From assembly GCF_001194135.2 (NCBI RefSeq), contig NC_068985.1:61103586-61167585 (forward strand): a stretch of DNA of 64,000 bases, read 5' to 3'. Made by a program: the position numbers and the translations under genes. The DNA comes from Octopus bimaculoides. Lineage: Eukaryota. Below the pieces are notes generated by a model that was given only the letters and a program-made list of their open reading frames with translations, ran no database searches and had not been told where the DNA came from. Positions 12,920 through 26,606 of this stretch are shown here, piece after piece. Position 1 is the stretch's first letter; the number at the start of each line of letters is the position of its first letter.

Positions 12920-13510
12920 TACTATAGGCACAAGGCCTGAAATTCAGGGGGAAGGAGCTAGTTAATTACATCAACCCCAGTGCAAAACTGATACTTAATT
13001 TATCAACCCTGAAAGGAAAAAAGGCAAAGTCTAACTTTGGCAGAATATGACCTCAGAACATAAAGACAGATTAAATGCCTCTAAGCATTTTGTCCAGTGT
13101 GCTTCTATCTACTATAAGCACAAGACCTGAAATTTTGGAGTAGGGAGCTGGTCAACTACATTGACACCAGTGCTTAACTGATACTTATATTATTGACCCC
13201 AAAAGAATGAAAGGCAAAGTTAACATCAGAGGAATAAAAATAATAATGACTGATATTAAAATTTTGAAATAATTTTTAATAATAATTATATTATTGGGTT
13301 CAAATTTTGGCCCAAGGCCAGGAATTTCGGAGAGGAGGGGTGGGTGGGGGTAAGTCGACCCCAGTGTTCAACTGTTACTTATTTTATCAACCCTAAAAGG
13401 ATGAAAGGCAAAATCAACCTTGGTGGAATTTGAACTCAGAATATAAAGACACATGAAATGCTGTTAAGCATTTTGCCCAGTGTGCTAGCGATTCTGCCAA
13501 CTCACTGCCT
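12920..13510 (-). mobile_element. Three same-orientation copies of a third tRNA-derived SINE family
   Basis: Repeated GGCACAAGGCCTGAAATT...ACCCCAGTG...GGATGAAAGGCAAAGT...GAACTCAGAA blocks. Other copies near 20205, 40040, 42900, 44640, 51840 and 63575. Confidence 0.75.
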
Positions 13511-13643
13511 TAACAACAACAGCAGCAACATCACCACCACCACTACCAATCTGTTAATTAAATCAACTTGTATACAGTGTGGGTATTAGAGTCTGAATGT
13601 GATGTTGGCATCAAATGGGTGCGGCTAGCCTCTAAGACAAATT

Positions 13644-13719
<76 letters not shown>

Positions 13720-13782
13720 AAGATAAAAAAATAATACTAATAAGGCAGAAAGCTAAACTGAAAGCATATTTTAATATAGATG

Positions 13783-14267
13783 NNNNNNNNNNNNNNNNNN
13801 NNNNNNNNNNNNNNNNNNNNNNNNNNNNNNNNNNNNNNNNNNNNNNNNNNNNNNNNNNNNNNNNNNNNNNNNNNNNNNNNNNNNNNNNNNNNNNNNNNNN
13901 NNNNNNNNNNNNNNNNNNNNNNNNNNNNNNNNNNNNNNNNNNNNNNNNNNNNNNNNNNNNNNNNNNNNNNNNNNNNNNNNNNNNNNNNNNNNNNNNNNNN
14001 NNNNNNNNNNNNNNNNNNNNNNNNNNNNNNNNNNNNNNNNNNNNNNNNNNNNNNNNNNNNNNNNNNNNNNNNNNNNNNNNNNNNNNNNNNNNNNNNNNNN
14101 NNNNNNNNNNNNNNNNNNNNNNNNNNNNNNNNNNNNNNNNNNNNNNNNNNNNNNNNNNNNNNNNNNNNNNNNNNNNNNNNNNNNNNNNNNNNNNNNNNNN
14201 NNNNNNNNNNNNNNNNNNNNNNNNNNNNNNNNNNNNNNNNNNNNNNNNNNNNNNNNNNNNNNNNNNN
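13783..14267. other. Assembly gap
   Basis: N-run. Other gaps at 31001-31143, 32715-33448, 34212-35135, 44409-44418 and 47445-47544. Confidence 1.
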
Positions 14268-14610
14268 GCTAAATTGAAGGGGATATTTATCTTGGTGTAT
14301 TTTGGGTGGCATGAGCTGAATATGAGGTATTGTTGTGAGTCTGTGGGTTTGTGGTAGATGTCGGTTGTGATTTGGTTATTAGGTATTTTTATAATTAAGA
14401 GATCAAGAAAAGGGAGATGATGTTTGCTGAATTCCATCATGAATTGAATGCTGGGATGTATGTTGTTAAGTATGGTTTTGAATTCCAGAAGTTTTTCATA
14501 AGATTCCTTCCATATGATGAAACAATCATCCAAGTATCTTTTCCAGTTTTCCATTAAGTAGATGTGGAAAAGGTGTCCAAATTTCTGGCGTGAGATCTCA
14601 AACAGTGGGA
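14268..14610 (-). mobile_element. Penelope-like element (PLE) reverse-transcriptase fragment, truncated by the gap
   Basis: ENWKRYLDDCFIIW..LNNIHPSIQF.MEFS..HLPFLDL..TTDIYHKPTDSQQYL.FSSCHPKYTKINIPFNL matches the PLE RT C-terminal pattern. Confidence 0.9.
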
Positions 14611-14829
14611 TGGCTTTATATAGAGTATCAGAAGATAAACTGAATGTGTAGTATCTTAAATAGGGGTCAAAACCAGTTTCATCCAGAATTTTTTGATAGT
14701 ATCAAACACAATAATAGTGGTACCTTATGTTCAATCTTTTAATTACTTCCTGCTGATACAAGATTGAAGTAAAGTAAGACTAATATGCAATGCACATACT
14801 ATGAAAAACAATATAATTAAAGTCCAGCA

Positions 14830-16130
14830 GCTAGGTCCAGCATATCTCTGAAACCAAAATCTAGACAAAGAGTTCCATGAGAAAACACAAATGCAGTCAA
14901 AGTAAGACAAAACCTCAGAGAACTTTAACCTGGAGCAGAAAAAAATATGTTGAAAAGCAAAATAAAAGAAATAGAGAATGTACAGGAAAATCAGAAATCC
15001 AGACTGCTATGGGCCACAATTGATGAAGTTTTAGGGAAGAAGACCAACTCTGATCTGATAAAAGCTAAAAGTGCTGAAAAAAGAGTAGCTCTTTGGAGGA
15101 AGCATTTCTAGAACCAACAAAGCCAAACCCTAATGGTTGCTGATGTCAAAATTAAAAAAAAAAAATTAACACAACTTTCCAACAGAAATTGAAGCACTTA
15201 TAATGGAAGAATTAAAACTTGCTATCAAAGAAATAAAGAATAACAATGCCCCCAGGGCTTGATGAGATTTCAGTTGAAGTTTGGAAAAGTAACGAATTAA
15301 GTGAACAACTTCTGGAGATTTACAGTGCCCACTTCTTATTCATAATAGCACTAGACTATATGAGAAAAGAAGTAACAAAAAAAAAACATGAAACCATTTA
15401 GATTACAACAAGCAGTACTTCTCACATACAAATTATATATTGATGACAGTGTTAATATCTTAAACAATAAAACAAGCCCAATTGTTTTTATTGTGAGTTG
15501 AGTCCTGTACTTCACAGACTGGCTTACATACAAATGAGGCAAAAATGAAATACATGGCTTATGACCAAGAAGATAGCTTCCAATTAACAATGAATAGTTA
15601 TGAAATGGAAAAAGTAGATGATTTCTTCTTATCTGAGATCATGGGCCAATACAAGTGAGGACAATAAAATTTGGATTGCAAAAGCATATGGAAATTAAAT
15701 CTAAACATAGATTTTAAGATTACCTTCTTCCAAGTAACAATGGAAACTGTGCTCTTATTTGGCTGCACTACATGGACTCTAACTAAGGAACTGGAAAGAA
15801 AACTAGAAGAAACACACACAAGACTTGTAAGAGCAGCACATTGACAGGTTCTCTGTGGTAATCTTCCAAGAGTTACCACCACCATAAAGGAAAGAAGACT
15901 AAGATTGTGTGAACACTGTTCTCATGGCAAGGATGAAATAGTGAGCCAAATGCTGATCTGGGAACCAACACACGTAAAGTAACCTAAGAGCTGTCTCACC
16001 AGGACATTTATTGATCAACTGGTTGAAAACTTTGGTTGATTGAAGAGTGACCTACAAAGAGCAATGGAGGAGAGGGAATTCTGGAGGCAAGTGGTTGATG
16101 GTGTTTGTCTGCAGACAACATGATGATGAA
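14830..16130 (+). mobile_element. Decayed RTE/RTEX-like LINE with the RT core deleted
   Basis: Translations IKEIENVQENQKSRLLWATIDEVLGKK..RVALWRKHF, IKNNNAP/GLDEISVEVWK (frameshifted) and KITFFQVTMETVLLFGCTTWTLTKELERKLEETHTRLVRAA; ATGATGATGA tail near 16120. Confidence 0.8.
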
Positions 16131-16139
16131 GACTAACAG

Positions 16140-16440
16140 TGGGGGGAAGAAGTCAATATATCCTACCAACACCTACATGTTACCATTAACACTACTATTA
16201 ACACAGCCCACACTACCTCTGACTACACTACCATTAACACTACCGACACTGCCATGAACACTACCACAAACTAGACTACTACTGCCTAAAGTAAAATTTA
16301 TACAGCCACTACTCAACAATTAACACTAACATTATCCAAAGTGCATTAACACTACGTCTACCTACACTGGCTTTAATACTACCACACAATCATTAACACT
16401 GCTACTACAACCAATAATGCTATCAGCACTAGTCAATATA
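16140..16440. repeat. G-poor low-complexity tract (degenerate ACACTAC/CATTAACAC motifs)
   Basis: Seen directly. Confidence 0.7.
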
Positions 16441-17534
16441 TGCAGTGCCACAATTTTTGAACATTTGTTTAAAATATTGCAAATTATCTAAATTAATGAA
16501 TTTGATTTATTCTAGGGTGAAAAATAAAAACTGATAATAACAATAAAATTAATCTATTATCACAATTAGTCATAAACATCCAACAACAGAATGTTAAAAA
16601 CTGTCATGTTTCATTAACATAATTTATACTGCCTGTAATAATTTCTTAAACATTAGTCCTTGGCAAGACAGGACTGAAGCAAATTCACAACCTTTCACTT
16701 TCCCTGCCCATTTAAGTGGATGGAAAAGATGCAGAAACAGAGAAGGGTCAAGAAGTTGCTTTAATCCTGCCTTATCAAGGAGTCAACCACTCCTTTCCAG
16801 TGTTGAAGCTATAAGAAAATGCACCCAGTACATTCTGTGAAGTGGTTGATGAAGGAAGAGTATCCAGCTGTACACACAAAAAAACAAAATAATTTGTTGA
16901 AGTACATACCATCAGTAAGAACAGTGGCTCCCAATAAGACCTAACTCAAATCATGACCCTTCAAACTCATACTAGCTTGGAAGGTAGATATAAATAATGA
17001 TGATAATGACTGGCACAAATTCAGATACATTTTTAAAAGTATAATTAATTTTGGCTACTGTAGGTCAACCCATGTCAGCATGGAGGCTGGACAGTAAATG
17101 TTGAAAACAATGATAATAATATTGGACTTTATTTTAAATGATGTAAAACAAACATTGATTCTAGTGATATTTAAACTCAGACAAAATTACTTACATTTAG
17201 CACCTTTATCCATTTTGCAATTATAATACTTTTTACTTTTGGTACAAAGATAAAATTCTGTAGGGAAGGATACAATTGATAAAATGAATCCTAAGAATTT
17301 GTTCTGGTATTCTACCAGTTTTGATACTCAACAGCACTTGCAGTATTATTGATAATAATTTTTTACACTGGTTGCAGGATAGAAATTTCAGTATATTACT
17401 GGTACATATTTCAACATATCCAGATTATTTTGACAAAGTGAGAACATGATGAGCAAATGCATGTATATATTGATCAACACTCTACTCCTTTTTCTTTGCA
17501 ACTTCCTTTGTAGAAAAAAACCCCAAAAAACTAA

Positions 17535-18763
17535 AAGGAAGTTAATGAAGACAAAGCTAAATCATCCAAATCCAGTGAAAGTGGTAAATACTTGGGCAGC
17601 ATCGTTATTCAACAGCTTTTGTAGACTAGACAAAATCTGAATTAGCAAACCTAAACAGAACTAGGAAGGAATTCAATATGAATAGAGTACTTCATCCTAA
17701 AGCTGGAGTAGCAAGATCATATTTACCTAAGAAGGAAGGTGGTAGAGGTTTAATATCAGTAGAACACTGTATGGAGTTAGCTTGAGTAGATATAACCTCC
17801 TACGTAGGTGATAAGTGAAGAAATCTTATTAAGAGTTGCTAGTGTAACAGTAGTAGATAGAGAAACCAAAATGCCAAATGTGGTTAAAAACCACAAAAGG
17901 AAAAAAGATTATCTGACTGGCAAGAGAAGGCTTTCCATGGTAGATTTTCAAAGATAGTTGTAGAAAATAGTAATAGTGAGACATGGTTGTGGTTGCAGAA
18001 AGGAAGGCTGAAAAAGGAGACAGAAAATTTGTTAACTGCAGTATAAGATCAGCTACTGAGGACTAACTAGATAAAAGCCAAAACAGACAAAAATCAAGTA
18101 GATTCGCAATGTAGCTTATGTAAATCAAAAGAGGTAAGTGTTACTCATATAGTTAGTGAATGTAGTATGCTGGCACAGAAATAATACAGGAAAGGACATG
18201 ACAACTCAAGGACAATAATCCACTGGGAGTTATGTAGAAGGCTATGATTTGGCCATACTGCTAAGTGGTATGAAGATGAACCTAGTAAAGTTCTAGAAAG
18301 TAAAAAGTATAAGATGTTGTGGGACTTTAACATTCAGACTAACAAAGTAATAGAAGCTGGAAGGCCTAATTTGTTGCTGCTGCTGCTGTTGTTGTTGGTG
18401 GTGGTAGGAGTAGGAGGAGTAGTATGAGTAGAAAGTGCTAGTAATTGACTTTACAGTCCCAAATGATGAGAAAGTCAACATGAGAGGTATAGAGAAAATA
18501 GTGAAGTGCCAGAACCTAGCCACCGAGTTACAGGGGCTATGGAAAGTGAAGGTAAAATGTATCCCTGTAATTATAGGTGCATTAGGAACAATTCCTAAAG
18601 ATTTGAACAGACGGATAGAGGAAATAGGCATAAAACCTAGTTAAGTGTAGCTAAAGAAAACAGACAGCTAAGATACTTAGGAAGGTTCTTGGCATCTAAG
18701 TTTACGTGCTGTAGCCCAATGTTAGGAATTTTTCCTAACAGTTGTGCATAATTGAAATAATAA
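17535..18763 (+). mobile_element. R4/Dong-clade non-LTR retrotransposon, 3' part, decayed
   Basis: KLMKTKLN..VKVVNTWAAS, LHPKAGVARSYLPKKEGGRGLIS, CCHC knuckle CSLCKSKEVSVTHIVSEC, restriction-like endonuclease region (MLWDFNIQT..RPN..VIDFTVPND..EKIVK..VIIGALGTIP), KILRKVLGI*, 3' UTR hairpin TGTTAGGAA-TTT-TTCCTAACA at 18720-18740. Confidence 0.9.
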
Positions 18764-20399
18764 AAACATGAAAGTTCATATTTACTCCTTTCAATCATGT
18801 ATTTCTTACTTCTTGTGAGCCTAGCACCACTCCTAAGTAATACCATGGCAGGGGTCAATATAACTTGCTGTGCCTCCCTGAATACTGTCTTTGTATTAAG
18901 CTGTCCCATGTACTAGGACACGAGCGTATGAGTAGGCTTTCTGCACACAGTTGTTGCCTGTGTTCAAACTTCATTTCTCAGTTTTGAAGGTCAGACTGTA
19001 TTTTCCTCTATATACAAAATGCAAACTCAAACATCTACCAAAGCTTCCCTTAATTGGTCTTTTGAGGGTACAGAGAAAACTTCCCACTCTCTTTGAGAGG
19101 TAAAATTAGATAAATTTTCACACTACCACCTTTTAAATATATTCTTTCAGCAAGATATACTTTTTATAGACATAATTTTGTCACTGGTCCATCTTAAAAT
19201 GAAACTTTGCTAGAGATATGACCAGGATGAAACTGACTGTATGTATGCATTTCTTAGTTGATGATATTTGTGTCTGCATGACTGTCAAGTGAATTCATAG
19301 AGTTAAACTTTTAATCTGAAAACACAATGCTTAATTTTTTTCTTAACCCATGTGTGTTATGCTTTATGTGTTTTTCTGCTTCATGTTTTCAGAATTGCCT
19401 TCTTTTTTAACCCCTTTTTTGCTTTGCTTACTGGATGCCATTACAAATGAAGTCAAACCGGTAACAGTCAGAAAAATAAGTTAAAATAAAATTCTTTTCC
19501 TTTTACAAACACAGTGAAATAAAAATACAACAAAAATATGGTAAAAATATTGATGAAGTTTCTTGTAAATCAGAAGCCATTAATATCTAACGTGACAGGA
19601 GATAATATCCACACAACTTCAAGTGGAAATAATTAAATACATTTAAGCATCATTGTCATCATCATTTTAACACCCACTTTTCTACAATGACATGGGTCAG
19701 ACAAAATTCATTAAGGCAGATTTTCTATGGCTAAACATTTTTCCTATCATCAACCTCCAATTTATTTCCAAGCAAGTTGATATTTCCTTTAGTTCTTCAA
19801 ATACAAATAGTCCAATGGCTTGAAATGCTTTCACAGAATATTACAAACATATGACACCATTTGTATGACTGGTATTTTTTTTTACATACAATGGGTTTCT
19901 TTCAGTTTCCATTTACCAAACCCACCCTCAAGGTTTTGCTCAGCCCAGGGCTATAACAGAAGACACTTGCACAAGATGCTATGTAGTGAGACAGAACATG
20001 AAGTATGATGCTCACAAACTGGATTGAAAAGATAGGAGTAAATCTGAAGAGAGAGCATCTACAAAAAATAGCGCCACTTGGAACAATGCAAATCCTCTGC
20101 AAAGATCATGAAATCTAAACAAAGTGTGCCTAGTCCACTGGTTATGGATAGCTGACACTTTGTTACATCTCTCAGTGACAGTGCTGTGTTAAATAATAAT
20201 AATAATACTAAGCCTTTCTACTTTAGACACAATTTTGGGGGAGGGAGTAAGTCGATTATATTGGCCCCAGTACTCAACGCTAAAAGGATGAAAGGCAAAG
20301 TCAACCATGGCAAAATTTGAACTCAGAACCAAAGACAAATGTTCTAACCAGTAGTACGAGTTCCAGCTTTTACCAGTAACACAGAATGGTCAGGTGAGA

Positions 20400-20775
20400 C
20401 TCACATGGGATATGCCAATATATACAAAAAGCTGCAGCATAACCGACCAGATATCACTCTCCTACTGAAGGAGTCCAAAGAATGGACCTGCATCAACATA
20501 GCTTTCCTTGCAGACCAAAACATTAAGATAGAAAATGAAAAAGTCGGGAAGTACCAAAACTTAGGATTGGAAGTGAGTGTGGTACCTATTGTGATCAGTG
20601 CACTTGTAACCATCTCAAATATTCTGACATCAAAAACAGCAAATATCAAACTTTTGGGGAAGAACTGAGATAGCAGCAATACTTGGAACAGCTATTGTGC
20701 TGAGGAAAGCGTAGCGTCTCTAAGCTACTGCATGAAGCTGAGACAGGACATAGACACAGATAAATCAGTTAAGTA

Positions 20776-20808
<33 letters not shown>
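20400..20808 (+). mobile_element. R4/Dong-clade 3' end with (TAA)n tail
   Basis: HNRPDITLL..EKVGKYQNL..VVPIVISAL endonuclease remnant, short UTR, then (TAA)n, the repeat typical of Dong-type 3' ends and targets. Confidence 0.8.
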
Positions 20809-20811
<3 letters not shown>

Positions 20812-21952
20812 TTCTACATAAATAATTCCTTTGTTAGATAATGGGGCACTATTATTGACTGTATAGATATTACATACAGTATTGTCAATACAATACAATA
20901 CCAAACTCTGGTCAAGGCACACTGAGCTGTACTCAGTAATGCAGTGACAACATGCAGTGGAAATAAGAGTAGTTACAAATAACAACAAAACGGTACCCTA
21001 CAACTACAATTAGTACTGGGTATCTAAAAATCACACCCAACATCAACAAATTCTTCATAACTACAAATGAAAATGTGATGATGCTAAAATAACTTAAACT
21101 TGGCAAAGTCTAACATTATTTCAATTGACAGCAAGGTATTTTACAAAGTTGATTTTTTTATGGAATATCTTTTATTGAACCATCACACACAAGAAAAGGA
21201 TAGATGTGATTTTAAATAGCTGATGTATGAATTGTCTCAGACTGAACTGTCACACAATGTAATGTATTTACACAGCTGATCATTATCAGAATCCCCTTAA
21301 TTGAACTGTCACACAGAGGAGAGGAAAACACAAACATAGTAAAAGGGTATGTGATAAAACATATTTAACCTGTTAAATCTATCTAAGTCTTAATGGAAGC
21401 TCTGATTCTCCTTTTTTAGAATAAGATGAGATGAGTGAGGCAAGGTGCAACTCCTAACAGTCTTAAATGTTAAGTGCCAGTATTCCTTTTACAAAAAAAA
21501 AAAAAAAAATAATGGTACAGATATTCCAGTGGAATAAGAACAGAATACAAAGATATATTTGGGAATAAATTTATCCATGTATGTTTAATGACTGTATAAT
21601 TAACCTTGGTGTATAAATAGAGCCTGCAACTGAAAACCAGCAAAGCTAAATTTTACACTGTTTCAGTACAGTGGTTATGAATGCAAACATGCAAGCATGC
21701 ATATATACACACACATGCATACATATTGTTAGAGTTAACATGTTTATTTGCAATGTAAATATTCCAACAACAATTAAGTAAACCCATTGAGATGGTGTGT
21801 TTTTTTTTAAAAAGTCTAAATGTGAAGTTGGCATCAATTTTCTTTTTAATCCATTTAAATTTTAGACAAGTACTAAAATATATTGGCTATATGTACTAAA
21901 CTTTAAAAATATGGTGTGTACATACACACGTGGTTGTGTGTGTGTGTGTGTG

Positions 21953-21998
<46 letters not shown>

Positions 21999-22020
21999 CA
22001 CAAACATACACACGTGTGTT

Positions 22021-22052
<32 letters not shown>

Positions 22053-23496
22053 GTAACATTCAAATAGAAGTACTAAACAATAGAAACACAAGCTCTATGA
22101 GAGTTGCTATTACTGGAATTATAAAATCTTACAAGAACAGAACTATAATGATAGTTTTGCAAGAAATTGCTATACAGCTAGGTCTATGATTGATTGCTTA
22201 TAGGGCCAGAGAGATAACTAATGAGCAACAAAATAAAAAAATATGAAAGAAAAAGGGGTAAAAATTGAAATGAAGAACTTACATAATCTTCAATTTGATG
22301 TGATGGAACTGTCAATACATATTGGTTATATTTACATTACAAGCTGTTCTTGAAACTCTCTTTTTTCAGAAAACATGGTTATTCAGAGTTTGTTTGATTT
22401 AAACTAGAGATAGGTTACATAAAGGGCAACAACAACAATTGTGTAGTTTGATTACAAATGTTTGTTTGTTGTTGACTATAGTTAAAAGATCAGAGTAATA
22501 AGAGAGGCAGGCATCAAATGTTAAACAATTATATTACAAGACACATGAAACAACAAAATATCCTACATTTGAAATAATGATTATGAATTTGCAGACAACA
22601 CACTTACTTGATGGTCTGTGATTGAGATGAATAGACACATTTAAAAAATAATAAAGAGACTTGTGCTTGTTATTTTTTTTTTTTTAACTCAAGGACAATA
22701 CAAATAGATTTCATTGGCTTATTTAGCAAATGTACAGAAATGTCACAGCAAAGCAGAAAGATCAGCATTAAATTTAACATTCCAAAAAACTAGTAAGAAT
22801 TCATGTCCTAACCAGGACATTTTACCAGATGAAAATAAAATATTTATAAAAAGAACAGGTTTTTAATAATACACTCCCCACCACACACACACACACACCG
22901 TCATTCAACCCCCCCCCACCCATCAGGTTCAGTCATGTTATGCTAAAATAAATAAATTCCACAAAGTGATGTGTTAAGTGATGATGTGGAAGTAAGTCTT
23001 CTAATTTCATGGATTACTCAGAGACAAGTGGGAGATGGGTGGAAGGAAAGACAACAACTTGTGGTAGGATGTCATGCATCAAAATATCACAATATATCGA
23101 ACTGGAGATTTTATTCAAATGATGGCAGTGTGTACTCCATTAAAGTACTTCAAGGAGCAAGGGAAGTGCAGTGGGAAACAGCATTTCAGGAATTCAAGTT
23201 ATCCTCAAAAAGGAGACCTGATATGACATCCAGCACCTAACACCTTGTTCACACACACACAAACCTTACACATCTAGTGGAACATGCTTGTTTCAACTCT
23301 CTCCAGCTACCTTCAGTATTCAATGTCCAAGTCTCACAACCATGCAGTGTTGACTTCATACACGAGCATCATACAATCTACTCTTTCATTCAAAGAGAGA
23401 ATCCCCACATTGCCAGCAAAAATAATAGTTTCGTGAAAGTTTACTCTTATTCTGGTTACTATGCTTTCGGGGTACTATCCTCCACAACTGATTATA

Positions 23497-23546
23497 TCAC
23501 CTATGTAACAAGAAGCTGTCAACTACTTCTATAGAACCTTCAAGCA
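23497..23546 (-). CDS. Candidate last (or internal) exon of an unidentified gene: (V)LEGSIEVVDSFLLHR*
   Basis: Acceptor TTTACTTTTCAG, phase 1 in frame with exon 24285-24329. Ends in TGA; an AG|GTGATA donor overlapping the stop could make it internal. Confidence 0.5.
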
Positions 23547-24284
23547 CTGAAAAGTAAATAATTTACTGGTATTTAGACAGTTAACTATTCCTGTATATCT
23601 GTCATATACAAAAACCTGCTAATGATCTCAGTACACTTGTACACCTATAGATAACACCAGATACACAGCACAGAACTCTTTCCTAGTCACTTTTTACATA
23701 CCAAACACATTCATTTCCCTGATAACAGCAGGGTCCTGTCTTCTTTCATAGTTATTTTAAATTTTTTAATCAATGATATTATTTCACACCAAAACTTCAA
23801 GTCATTTTATGATCTGGCAGTTTTGAATTAAACTATATTTGCTGAAGAGGCACAAGAAGACCAAAACATGCCCTCAGTTGTCACATAGCTAGCAATAATC
23901 AAAGTCACCCATTATACACGTCTAATTTTAATTAAATTTCTGAGTTCTCTCCCTTGCTCCTTTTGAAAAGAATGTTCATTTATATTAATGGCTGTTGTTC
24001 TCATCACAGTATAGAATTTCACTTAATTAGAAATCCTTTGTCCCACACAACATTACGCATGTTAGCCCACACTTAACTATTTATCCTTTATGAAAAGCAC
24101 TCCTTGGAAATTTCCTGATATACAACCAGACAGTCAACCAAAATGTGTGCCTCCACATCAATTATGACAGTCATTGTTGCTTAAACTGGAACATTCCAAC
24201 TTTATAGAAATTAAATTAAGTCTTTACAATGAATACAAAACTCAAGCTTAGAATCTGAAGTTAAGTTGGTACATAAATACTTAC

Positions 24285-24329
24285 CAAAACAGTTGAACAT
24301 TTTTGTATTATCACATGATTCGTTGTCAT
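24285..24329 (-). CDS. 45-nt exon of an unidentified gene: (D)DNESCDNTKMFNCF
   Basis: Textbook acceptor CTTACTCTATTCTTTTCCAG and donor G|GTAAGT; open frame, phase 1-1. Confidence 0.7.
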
Positions 24330-26522
24330 CTGGAAAAGAATAGAGTAAGTGTTAATGAATAAACATAAATCGAAATCTTTCAATTCATTTTTATCACAAT
24401 TAAATTTAAAATAGATTTATTTATATTTCATTTAAAGGTCATAAACAGACTAGTAAAAATATTTAGCAATTTAGCAATACAAACACCTTTCTTCTGTAAA
24501 TTCACAAATAAGTGCAGGAAGAATTAGTTCTAATCAACAGGTCAGAACAATAAATATAAACATTCTGAGTAAAAGAATGTGAAATACGAATTGTTCAATG
24601 GAATTTTTTGAAACACTGAAATGACTCAAAAATATTGTTCATATTATTATCAGTTTATGCCAATTTTCTTATAGAAGCAAGCATTAAATGAGTTTGTTGG
24701 GTTATACTATTTACCAGCTGTATCTACCAACACCATCAATACCACTACCAGCAACAATTACATAGAATTAACATGGAACAAGCTAGTTTTGTTTACTGTG
24801 GTTAAGCACTTTCTGGTTCTAGTTGAAATATTTTGCAGGAAACTCCCCTTAATGCTAACCACTCATGTGAAGCGAGAATAAGAAATTTTATTGTCAAAGA
24901 GGTCATTCTGTTGGAAGTATTACTTTCCCCAATAATGGACTCATAAACTCCATACAGAAAACCACTCCATACAGAAAAGAAGCTTCTTTCTCTTATGTTT
25001 CTATGAATCTGAGCCTTATTTTGATATAAACTAATGTGTTGAAATTGGCTATAAAGACTTTCAAGAAGCTAAATAACTTATGAATAATTTACATGTTTCA
25101 CTGAAGAGAAGTAAATATGAGATTATTCTGAGAGAAACTATTGTGCATTGTGTTTGAGTTGTGGGCACACATTGACTATTATTCAAATTGATATGGCTAA
25201 AAGTGTGTCATTAATAGTGTCTTTCATACAAAGCTATTGACACAATTTCTTAATAACCTTTGCTAATAATGAAATATATTCTAGAAATAGTTATAATAGT
25301 GCCAGAAGTTAAATATATTTACTTGAAAAGAACACAAATATATAGCTTCCTTGTGGAATTATTTAGCCGAACCTGAATAATTTAAACCAGCCCTAAATGG
25401 AAAACAAAATAATGCTATTCAAATATTGTAACATCTTAGAACATTTCATATTTAATAGCTTTTCTCTGCACCTTTTATACAACAGGAAAATATAGAAACT
25501 ATATCCATGGGGAAAATAAAATCTACTCCATTTCTATGGTGCAGATGGCACAATATAATATACCCAGTCCATGTAGTAGTGTACTAGCAACAGGAAGAAC
25601 ATACAACTGTAAAAATAAGGCAAAATGGAAGAAACTAATGAAAAGATATTGACTGTAAGATACAACACAGACAACTAGGAGGACGAGTATCTCCAAATTG
25701 ATACAGTGTAGGAAGGACTCAACCAATGATATGATGGCAGTGAGATACCATGTGACACAGCCCACTGCTAAGCCATGTCGAGCCAGTGTGGCAGAGTAAG
25801 CTCATCAAACCAGTATGATTTCAAGCTCAAATGCCTCTTCATGAGACCATGGTTGGTGGAGAGAGCATGTTGAGGCCTTTGTCCTGCAGTGGACTAAACA
25901 TAGGCAATCCAATCCAATCCAATCCACACACACACACATATATATATATATATAAGCATTATATACATAAGCATTATATATAGGATCTAACTTCATAAAG
26001 TTATTAGTAATTTGTCCACATCCTTTCAAGAAATATGTTAACCGTTGTTGTATAAGCTCATAAAGCCCTGACAAGATTCTGCCCCATACAGTTGAAAATG
26101 ATAGCAATTCTTAGCAAATGCTTAGAATTATGTATCAACTAGGGTCATGAATTGAAACATATATGTAGGCTTTTGACATCTGCCATTTCTTTTAGAGCTT
26201 TACAATTCATAATTTATTTGTATTACTTATAAAAAAATTTCAACATCTTTAAATCATTGAAATAAATTATTTATACATCCATTATTCTCCATTTTCTTTT
26301 TTTCAATATCAATAATATGTACTACTATAATAATCCCTAACATATTGTCAAGACTTTCTCCTTATATGACAGTGATTAACCAGTGGAACTTTAGGATTAT
26401 TTAATCCCTAATGAGGACCTGACATCCTCATGTATATGTATATATATAAAAAATCAAGCAGTATATTACTGGTCAGTACGTTACTGATTACACAGCAACA
26501 ACTGTACCTGGCAAAACTGACT

Positions 26523-26606
26523 ACTCTTCAGATATGCTGACTTAAAGCACATATCCTCTTTATGCATAAAGACGATATGTACTTTTGGCCAGTATGTCTG
26601 AAGAGT
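26523..26606. repeat. Imperfect spacer-less palindrome with 42-bp arms
   Basis: Left arm ACTCTTCAGATATGCTGACTTAAAGCACATATCCTCTTTATG versus reverse complement of the right arm ACTCTTCAGACATACTGGCCAAAAGTACATATCGTCTTTATG. Confidence 0.85.

Noticed and set aside
13643-14554. Long ORFs in the track spanning N-runs (also 30830-31238, 32479-33653, 34110-35297, 47216-47618)
   Set aside because: Length comes from X codons across assembly gaps; only the flanking PLE and RTE parts are real.
22971-23534. Plus-strand ORFs 22971-23240 and 23277-23534
   Set aside because: No homology or splice support; they lie antisense to the probable 3' UTR of the minus-strand gene (AATAAA on the minus strand near 23110).
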